From positions 1 through 33,173 of the forward strand of contig JAUQPB010000006.1 in NCBI GenBank assembly GCA_030550585.1: DNA of 33,173 bases, read 5' to 3'. This document shows, in pieces, positions 26,461-33,173 of the stretch. The notes under the pieces were generated by a model. That model saw only the letters and a program-made list of their open reading frames with translations, was not told where the DNA came from and ran no database searches. Numbering within the stretch: position 1 is the first letter of the stretch; every line of letters starts with the position of its first letter. Source of the stretch: Thermoproteota archaeon. GTDB lineage: Archaea > Thermoproteota > Thermoprotei_A > Sulfolobales > Ignisphaeraceae. The position numbers were made by a program, and so were the translations under genes.

Positions 26461-28053
26461 CTACTCAACAGTTGTGTTGTCTAGTACAAGCATTTGGAAT
26501 GGGAGTATCTGCAAACCTTTTACATTTGGCTTGGTCGCGACTATAATGTTTTCGAAGTATAGCCATATAGCTGGGGCATCGCTCCACAGAATCTGCTGAG
26601 CCTCTCTATAGAGCAAAGCCCTTCTACTCTCGTTCAACTCAGATGCAATCTCATCCAACAGCCTGTCGTACACAGGGTTGCTGTAGAGAGGCCCGTTTAA
26701 ACTGGCGTTGGTTCTCCAGTATGTGAGTGCGTAGTATAGAGATGATGGGGAGGGACCATATATCGCAAGGTCGAAGTCATGGTCTGTGAAGACCCTTTTC
26801 AGGAATGCTGTGTGCTCCACCTGCTCAATAACAACGTTTATCCCGACTGCCACAAGATACTGTTGTATTGCTTGGGCAAGCTGAACATCCTTGGGGCTTC
26901 TCGTCGACACCAAAAGCCTTAGGGTTTTATTCGTAAACCCAGCCTCCCTCAGAAGCTCAACAGCTTTGGAGACGTTGTACTCGTATGCTTTGAATGTGTA
27001 GACATTTGGGAAAACAGGTGAGACAACACTGTTGGCCACTACGGCAAAGCCTTTCAAAAGGTTTTTAGCTATAGCCTCTCTGTCTACAGCGTAGTTCATA
27101 GCCTGTCTAACACGGGGGTCTGGAACCCTCTTGCAGTTTATAGCAACTAAAACAAGTCTAACACCAGTTGCGTTGTAGACTACCAACCCACTCGACTTTA
27201 GTCTAGCCACATCATCTGGCGACACCCCGACAACCACATCTGCTGAGCCACTCAATATAGATGCTATCCTAGCTGAAGAGCTTGGCAATATGAGGTAAGT
27301 CAACCTTGATATTCTTGGAGCATTACCCCAGTACCTGTCAAACCTTGATAAAATCGCCTTAGACCCCTTCTCATACGACACTAGCTTGAACGGCCCTGTG
27401 CCAATGACATCAGCTGTAGAGTTTATCGGCCCACTCCAGTATTTTTCGGCTATATCCCTAGGCATTATAGCTGTTGCCAAATGCGCTAGATTTTCGATCA
27501 ATGGGGTGAAGGGTTTGGCGAGCACCAGGACGACGGCTGTGGAATTCAAAACAGCGATTCTACTGATAATCGGGTTTCCACTAGAATCCCTCAAAAGCAT
27601 TCTGCCTATTGGCGATATCCTCATAGACCTCTCTAGACTTGCTTTAACATCCCATGCGTCTAACCTCTTACCATTGTGGAAATACACATTGTCTCTGATC
27701 ACAAAAAGCCATGCAGTTTCATTAATCTGTTTATAGGACTTTACAAGCCATGGAACATAGCTGAGCCTCCCATTGTCTAGAACTATCCTAAACAGAGATT
27801 CGTATACCTTTCCAAGAACCTCAAAATCTGCAACACCTTGGGCAAACTGAATGTCTATTGTCGATAAATCGGTTGGGATGGCTATGGTTAGACTCGCCGA
27901 GGTTCCTTGCAGCTCTTGTGTAGAGGCTGTAGCAGGTGTTTGTGTAGCTCGGGGAGGTAACAGATATTCATAGACTAGAAAAATGGATAAAAGTAGTATG
28001 GCCACAACAACAAGTGGTACAATAACCTTAAATGTTTTCCTCATCTCCATCAC
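26461..28053 (-). CDS. Family-5 (DppA/OppA/NikA) substrate-binding protein
   Basis: N-terminal transmembrane anchor, Thr/Ser linker, VYESL, FHNG, IGTGPFKL, DPRVRQAMNYAVDR, many N-x-S/T sequons. Confidence 0.93.
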   Translation of the reverse strand: MMEMRKTFKVIVPLVVVAILLLSIFLVYEYLLPPRATQTPATASTQELQGTSASLTIAIPTDLSTIDIQFAQGVADFEVLGKVYESLFRIVLDNGRLSYVPWLVKSYKQINETAWLFVIRDNVYFHNGKRLDAWDVKASLERSMRISPIGRMLLRDSSGNPIISRIAVLNSTAVVLVLAKPFTPLIENLAHLATAIMPRDIAEKYWSGPINSTADVIGTGPFKLVSYEKGSKAILSRFDRYWGNAPRISRLTYLILPSSSARIASILSGSADVVVGVSPDDVARLKSSGLVVYNATGVRLVLVAINCKRVPDPRVRQAMNYAVDREAIAKNLLKGFAVVANSVVSPVFPNVYTFKAYEYNVSKAVELLREAGFTNKTLRLLVSTRSPKDVQLAQAIQQYLVAVGINVVIEQVEHTAFLKRVFTDHDFDLAIYGPSPSSLYYALTYWRTNASLNGPLYSNPVYDRLLDEIASELNESRRALLYREAQQILWSDAPAIWLYFENIIVATKPNVKGLQILPFQMLVLDNTTVE

Positions 28054-28111
28054 CTATCCTATTTTGCTATAGGTAATGATATTAAAACATATTTAAACTT
28101 GTTGTTATAAT

Positions 28112-28132
28112 CTATTTAAATAATTTAAATAG
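28112..28132. promoter_or_regulatory. AT-rich inverted repeat CTATTTAAAT-A-ATTTAAATAG in a divergent promoter region
   Basis: Perfect 10-1-10 inverted repeat about 60-80 nt upstream of the binding-protein start. Confidence 0.35.
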
Positions 28133-28206
28133 GGTGGCCAAGTGTTTTCCAAGGCAAAGAGTTATAAGCTAGCTGTACAAAACTGGGGTGCAGCATCAAA
28201 TTGTGG

Positions 28207-28266
28207 AGATGATGAATGGGGTCCTCTTTTGTTGATGGGGATGATAGGGGTTAGAGATGCTGAATA
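28207..28266 (+). ncRNA. Candidate box C/D methylation-guide sRNA
   Basis: C box ATGATGA 28209-28215, D' TTGA 28232-28235, C' GGGATGA 28238-28244, D box CTGA 28260-28263; intergenic; 55 nt from C to D. Confidence 0.55.
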
Positions 28267-28324
28267 GACTTTTATACTGTGGCCCTAGTGTTTTAGCTAT
28301 GTCAAGCTGTTTGTGGGTGTGACT

Positions 28325-29005
28325 ATGGATATTAGGTATCTGCTTACACTAATCGTTTTTGGAGCGCTTGTCGATTCTATAGATCCGTGTATCTTCGCTT
28401 TATACATCTCGCTTTTGCTAACATCTTCTGTTAGCGGTTTGAAGCGCGTTTTAAAGATTGCTACTGCCTTTGTATCCTCTGTTTTTTTGGGCTACCTGGT
28501 ATTCGGCGCTATACTCAGGGTTATTGTGGTTTCGTGGCAGGTTCCTAGATGGGTGCTAACAGCTGTTTTGATTGTCTATGCCATTGCCATGCTAATCTAT
28601 ACAATCTTTTTTGAGGGTGAGGGCAGTGAGGCTGTGTGTAGAGAGGATAGAATAGCGTGTAGAATTGCATCTTCGCTAAAATTCGACAGGTTTGCAAAGG
28701 CAGAGACAAGTATACTGGCTGTTTCCCTACTAGGTTTTCTAGCATCTTTCACACTACTCCCATGTAGCGCGGGCATGTACATAGCATTCAACTTTGTGAC
28801 TGCCAACCTCGGCTTGTGGGCCTGGCTACCCCTAGCAATGCTGTATACAGCTATATTCGTTCTCCCCCTAGTCATCATAACAGTAGCCGTCATAGGGCTC
28901 ACCAAGATAAAGAGGGTCTACGAAGCCGCTTTATCGAAGCAGAGAATACTCAAAATAGCTGCTTCAATAGCTATGATAGCCATCGCAATGTGGATAAGCC
29001 TCTAA
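28325..29005 (+). CDS. CcdA/DsbD-like transmembrane thiol-redox protein
   Basis: About six transmembrane segments with paired Pro-Cys motifs DSIDPC and FTLLPCSAG; extra loop CREDRIAC. Confidence 0.75.
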   Translation: MDIRYLLTLIVFGALVDSIDPCIFALYISLLLTSSVSGLKRVLKIATAFVSSVFLGYLVFGAILRVIVVSWQVPRWVLTAVLIVYAIAMLIYTIFFEGEGSEAVCREDRIACRIASSLKFDRFAKAETSILAVSLLGFLASFTLLPCSAGMYIAFNFVTANLGLWAWLPLAMLYTAIFVLPLVIITVAVIGLTKIKRVYEAALSKQRILKIAASIAMIAIAMWISL

Positions 29006-29108
29006 GAAGATACAGCAATTTGTGTAATCCGCACTACGATCTGCATGCCCTACATGTTGCGAAATAGAATAATAAGCTGCTTTCGAAATATGTGATCGAG
29101 TGGTATGC

Positions 29109-29249
29109 ATGGAAATAGTCTGCGACGAGTATGCGAAGACACACCCATATAGATTTTGCAGAGACTTCTGCTCAGAGAGAGCTGTTGACGCCAACTCCTA
29201 TAGGGTCTGCGTAGAGGAGTGTGTTAAAAGCGTTGGAGAGAAGTGTTGA
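29109..29249 (+). CDS. Unannotated 46-aa six-cysteine protein with twin CX3C motifs
   Basis: MEIVCDEYAKTHPYRFCRDFCSERAVDANSYRVCVEECVKSVGEKC*; below the ORF-track size cutoff; GAGTGGT upstream; same strand as both neighbours. Confidence 0.6.
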   Translation: MEIVCDEYAKTHPYRFCRDFCSERAVDANSYRVCVEECVKSVGEKC

Positions 29250-29331
29250 TGGACATAGGCTTTGAGGCATTTGATTCACGTTTTAAAGTCCTCTAAGAGT
29301 CTACAGACTTTTTGATGCTGGTGGGCAGACC

Positions 29332-30084
29332 ATGATCTTTGTCGGCTGTTGTGGTTTTTGCATGTCTAGACAGAAATACTATACAATCTTCGATGTTGTC
29401 GAGCTCCAAGAGACCTTCTACGACCCTCCAGACCCGGAGAAGCTGAGGAGGCTAGCTGGCGAGGCGCCACCTGGGTTTGTATTTGCTATGAAGGCTTGGC
29501 AGGCAATTACACACCCACTCGATTCGCCAACATGGAAGAGGACTAGAGTTGTCCCCGACAAGAGCCTTTCCGATAGATACGGGTTTCTAAGGCCGACCAA
29601 AGAGGTTTTCGATGCATGGGAAAGGGTTGTCGAAGGCGCCAAGGCTCTGAATGCGAAGGTGGTTGTTGTTCAGACTCCGCCAAGCTTTGGATACACAGAG
29701 GAGAACTATAGAAACGCTCTAGAGTTCTTCGCATCGGCATCAACACAGAGTTTCTTGATTGGCTGGGAGCCTAGGGGGACATGGCAGCAGAACAGAGATA
29801 AGATAGCCGATATCGTCTCCAGGTTTAGGAATGTCATCCATGTTGTCGATCCCTTCAAAAACCTTCCGGTAGTCGATAAAGAGACAACGTATTTCAGACT
29901 GCATGGAATTGGCGAGGGAGAGGTCAACTACAGGTATAAGTACACAGACCAGGACCTCAAAAACCTCCTCAACATTGTTAGAAGATCTTTGGAGAGAAGC
30001 AAAGAGGTGTTTGTGCTATTCAACAATGTTTATATGGCTCAAGACGCACAGGCGTTCAAGGCATTGGCCAAGGCAATGCAATAG
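29332..30084 (+). CDS. DUF72 family protein
   Basis: IFVGCCGF, VELQETFY, FAMKAWQAITH, QTPPSF, WEPRG, HVVDP, YFRLHG, LFNN. Confidence 0.92.
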   Translation: MIFVGCCGFCMSRQKYYTIFDVVELQETFYDPPDPEKLRRLAGEAPPGFVFAMKAWQAITHPLDSPTWKRTRVVPDKSLSDRYGFLRPTKEVFDAWERVVEGAKALNAKVVVVQTPPSFGYTEENYRNALEFFASASTQSFLIGWEPRGTWQQNRDKIADIVSRFRNVIHVVDPFKNLPVVDKETTYFRLHGIGEGEVNYRYKYTDQDLKNLLNIVRRSLERSKEVFVLFNNVYMAQDAQAFKALAKAMQ

Positions 30085-30151
30085 CAGTTTTCCTAGAGAT
30101 CTATCCGCATAGTCTAGGACAGGCCTTGGAGAATAGTTGGTGTGGCTGGAC

Positions 30152-31030
30152 ATGGACTTGAAAGACGCTATAGTCAGAGCTGTTGTAGACGGTCTTCACA
30201 GAGCCGTTGTCTATCTGCCAAAAGATGTTAAGGAGGCTATTAAGAGGGTCTACGAGGAGGAGAAATCACCTACTGCAAAGACCCATCTAGAGGCTATTCT
30301 CAGAAACATCGAGCTTGCTGAGAGGCTTGGCCTGCCACTTTGCCAAGACACTGGGATAATAACATTCTATGTCAGGGTTGGAACCGGGTTTCCAGCTATC
30401 CATCAAATTGAAGAGGCTTTGATCGAAGCTGTTAGAAAGGCTACGTCGACCATTCCTCTAAGACCGAATAGCGTTGACCCTTTCACAAATAGAAATAGTG
30501 GCGATAATACTGGTAGATATGTGCCGGTTATCTTCTGGGACGGTTTTAGAGATGGCGACGGCCTAGAAATAGTTGTTGTTCCGAAGGGGGGTGGCTCTGA
30601 ATACGTCTCGACATTTGCTATGGGCGTTCCGGGCAAGGGTGTTGAGAACATCAAGGAGGTTGTTCTAGACGCTGTTGTCAGGGCCGGTGCAATGCCGTGT
30701 CCACCAACTATAATCGGTGTTGGTATTGGGGGTACAGCTGATCTTGCAATGCATTTGGCTAGGAAGGCGGCTACAGTGAGGAGGGTTGGTTCCAGGAATC
30801 CAGATCCCCATGTGGCAGAGCTTGAGGAGGAGCTGCTGAAAATGGTTAACAGTCTCGGTATAGGGGCTATGGGGATGGGTGGGACAGCGTCGACGGCGCT
30901 GGCAGTTCATATAGAGTATGCCTATAGGCACCCAGCCACATACCCGATAGCAGTAGCTTTTCAGTGTTGGGCTGCTAGAAGAGCTGTTGTAACTATAGAG
31001 CCTAGTGGGAGGTATGAAATAGAGCAGTAG
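30152..31030 (+). CDS. Class I Fe-S fumarate hydratase / L-tartrate dehydratase, alpha subunit
   Basis: PLCQDTG, PLRPN, KGGGSE, AMPCPP, GVGIGG, HPA, CWAARR; ORF open from 30137. Confidence 0.92.
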   Translation: MDLKDAIVRAVVDGLHRAVVYLPKDVKEAIKRVYEEEKSPTAKTHLEAILRNIELAERLGLPLCQDTGIITFYVRVGTGFPAIHQIEEALIEAVRKATSTIPLRPNSVDPFTNRNSGDNTGRYVPVIFWDGFRDGDGLEIVVVPKGGGSEYVSTFAMGVPGKGVENIKEVVLDAVVRAGAMPCPPTIIGVGIGGTADLAMHLARKAATVRRVGSRNPDPHVAELEEELLKMVNSLGIGAMGMGGTASTALAVHIEYAYRHPATYPIAVAFQCWAARRAVVTIEPSGRYEIEQ

Positions 31031-31040
31031 GCGATTTGAT

Positions 31041-31649
31041 GTGGCTGTATATAGGCTTGTAACCCCTCTGAAAGAGGAGGATGTTAGGAGGCTGAGGGTG
31101 GGGGACACCATATACATATCTGGGATTGTGTATACAGCTAGGGATGCCGCCCACAAGAGGCTTTTAGAGTATTTGAGAGAGGGGAGGGAATTGCCCTTCG
31201 ACCTAAGCAACGGTGTCATATATCACTGCGGCCCTGTTGCAGTAAAAGAGGGGGGTGTGTGGAGAATAGTTTCAGCAGGCCCGACAACAAGCATGAGGAT
31301 GGAGCCGTATGAGCATATAGCTATAGAGCGACTGGGTGTTAGAATGGTCATAGGCAAGGGCGGCATGGGTGCCAAAACTGCAGAGGCATGCAAAAGGCAT
31401 GGAGCTGTCTACACAGTGTTTACAGGTGGGGCAGGTGTTCTAGCTGCGCAAGCGATAAAGAGGGTTTTGGATGTCTATTGGCTGGATCTCGGGATGCCAG
31501 AGGCTGTGTGGAAGCTGGAGGTAGAGGATTTCGGGCCACTAACAGTGGCTATAGACTCGACTGGCAGGAACATCATAGACGAGGTCGTGAAGATGGCTGT
31601 TGAGAGAAAGAAGGGGGTTCTAAGCCAAGAACACAATGCGTTAATATAA
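31041..31649 (+). CDS. Class I Fe-S fumarate hydratase / L-tartrate dehydratase, beta subunit
   Basis: TARDAAHKR, IYHCGP, SAGPTTSMRM, IGKGGM, LGMPEA, DFGPLTVAIDSTG. Confidence 0.93.
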   Translation: MAVYRLVTPLKEEDVRRLRVGDTIYISGIVYTARDAAHKRLLEYLREGRELPFDLSNGVIYHCGPVAVKEGGVWRIVSAGPTTSMRMEPYEHIAIERLGVRMVIGKGGMGAKTAEACKRHGAVYTVFTGGAGVLAAQAIKRVLDVYWLDLGMPEAVWKLEVEDFGPLTVAIDSTGRNIIDEVVKMAVERKKGVLSQEHNALI

Positions 31650-31747
31650 GCCCGGCATTGTTGTCAAATTCGCTACCTCTAAAAACACGAGAAGCTCTCT
31701 AAACTCCGAAAGCTGCTTGCCAAACATTTCAATGGGGCTGTGGGGCT

Positions 31748-32569
31748 ATGGACATAGAGAAGAGCATTGAAACACTTTCACGCTGGTTCGAGAATGTTGA
31801 GAAGCCTGTTATCGTAGCCTTTTCCGGGGGTGTTGACAGCAGTGTTGTGTTGGCTGTTGCCTGCAGGGCTATAGGATGCGAAAACGTGTTTGCTGCTACT
31901 GCTGTATCCCCCATAAGATTTGAGGAGGATTTGGAGTGGGCTAGAAGGGTTGCACAGCAACTTGGTGTAAAGCACATTGTTTTTGAGACCGACGAGCTTT
32001 CCATACCGGGTTTCGCAACAAACCCGCCGAACAGATGCTATATATGCAAAAAGAACTTGGCTGGTAAACTGGTTGAGCTGGCTAGAAGGCTAAACGCCAA
32101 GACAATTGTCGATGGCTCAAACGCCTCGGACCTGAATAGCTATAGACCCGGTATGCAGGCGTTTCGAGAGGCTGGGATTAGAAGTCCGTTGGCAGAGCTT
32201 GGAATTGGAAAAGATGTTGTGAGGATCATTGCCAAGCACCTTGGGCTGCCAAACTGGGGCAGACCATCGAACAGCTGTATAGCGACTAGAATACCCTATG
32301 GAGAGACCATAACGCTGGATAGGCTGAAGAGAATAGTCCTCGCAGAAAAGACTGTTAGGGAGATTACAGGAGTTGAAGTCGTTAGGGTTAGAGACCACGG
32401 CTACATAGCCAGGATAGAGGTCGACCCCAAGGAAAGGAGAAAATTCTTCGACGAAGAGACTATGGACAGGGTTGCCACAGAACTTAAGAAGCTTGGATAC
32501 AAATATGTGGCACTAGACCTCCAAGGCTATAGAAGCGGAAGCCTCGACGAGATGATAATAAAAAGTTGA
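31748..32569 (+). CDS. larE: LarE-family ATP-dependent sulfur transferase (PP-loop)
   Basis: AFSGGVDS, NRCYICK, DGSN..D...YRPG, SNSCIATRIPYG, VRVRDHG..ARIEV, DLQGYRSGS. Confidence 0.92.
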   Translation: MDIEKSIETLSRWFENVEKPVIVAFSGGVDSSVVLAVACRAIGCENVFAATAVSPIRFEEDLEWARRVAQQLGVKHIVFETDELSIPGFATNPPNRCYICKKNLAGKLVELARRLNAKTIVDGSNASDLNSYRPGMQAFREAGIRSPLAELGIGKDVVRIIAKHLGLPNWGRPSNSCIATRIPYGETITLDRLKRIVLAEKTVREITGVEVVRVRDHGYIARIEVDPKERRKFFDEETMDRVATELKKLGYKYVALDLQGYRSGSLDEMIIKS

Positions 32570-32626
32570 TAAATCCATCGAACAACATTCTTTGCCCCTC
32601 GTAAACTCTGAAACAGTTTAACAGCT

Positions 32627-33173
32627 CTAACCGTCCTTCTGCTCTTCGAGGTACCTACCCACCAATCTTTGGTGTAGCGGTGTTTGCCATGCATAGAGCT
32701 TTCCAATACCCATGCCCTTGTCTATTGGAGGTGTATACCCGATGCATGGCCTATCAATTGGTATTATAAGGTTTGCCTCTAGCAGGTATTTGCCGAGTTC
32801 TGGATGCTCTGAAACTTTATCGATGTCCTCTACAACCTCCTCCAACCCCTTCCTAAACCTCCTAGCTATAGACTCTAGCAAAACCTTAACACCTTTATAG
32901 AGATCCTCCTCCAAGACATCCAACCTCCACCCACGTGCTCTAAGAGCTATAGCAAGTCTGGGGTTTCCCCCAAGAGCCTTCCAAACATCGTACAGTATGT
33001 TGTCTGGCGCTCCCAACTCAATTAACAGCTCTTTAAATGAGCTGTAATCCAGATTCCAAATCTCTGCAAGAGTCACATAGTTGTGGCGTGCAAGAATGCT
33101 TCGTGAGACCCCCTCGCTTGTTGTAGCCAAGATAAAAACGCTTTTAGCTTCATAGGCCAGCAGATCCTCTAGA
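32627..33173 (-). CDS. Archaeal ATPase-domain protein, C-terminal part (gene starts outside the window)
   Basis: Frame is open to the window edge (LEDLLAYEAKSVFILATTSEG...); ATTSEG, WNL, GGNPR and GIG..YAWQTP resemble crenarchaeal ATPase paralogues. Confidence 0.7.
   Translation of the reverse strand, partial: LEDLLAYEAKSVFILATTSEGVSRSILARHNYVTLAEIWNLDYSSFKELLIELGAPDNILYDVWKALGGNPRLAIALRARGWRLDVLEEDLYKGVKVLLESIARRFRKGLEEVVEDIDKVSEHPELGKYLLEANLIIPIDRPCIGYTPPIDKGMGIGKLYAWQTPLHQRLVGRYLEEQKDG

Noticed and set aside
30152-31649. Fumarase as recycler of fumarate from pterin arylamine synthesis
   Set aside because: About 5.5 kb from the cluster, separated by unrelated genes, and fully explained by central metabolism

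Overview
Gene-dense archaeal window. GGTG(A) Shine-Dalgarno sites, BRE/TATA-like promoters, AGA/AGG and ATA codon usage and gene content suggest a hyperthermophilic crenarchaeote (Thermoprotei); this is an inference. In order: (1) an HD hydrolase, then a divergent sulfur-relay locus (yeeE-like <- -> tusA, SelD-like, acylphosphatase, tusA, ThiF/MoeB) with a shared palindrome at both promoters; (2) thiM-thiE-thiL; (3) a YHS/TRASH chaperone and a CopA-type ATPase; (4) a redox-stress region with a broken ferredoxin, flavodiiron FprA, hemerythrin-like protein, SfsA, a frameshifted rubrerythrin, TrxB, DUF1122 and a ferritin-like protein; (5) a retropepsin-like protease and a doubly inactivated vapBC pair; (6) a methanopterin-type pterin biosynthesis cluster (dmrX-like, DUF1464, DUF447, mptE, mptG, mptA, mptD); (7) Dpp/Opp-type binding protein and permeases with no ATPase; (8) a candidate C/D-box sRNA, a CcdA-like membrane protein and an unannotated 46-aa six-cysteine ORF; (9) DUF72, a two-subunit Fe-S fumarase/tartrate dehydratase, LarE and a partial archaeal ATPase. 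No rRNA, tRNA, CRISPR array or transposase was seen. The best candidates for new biology are the SelD-like sulfur relay and the two unknown-function genes inside the pterin cluster. All family calls come from motif recognition by eye; no database searches were run.
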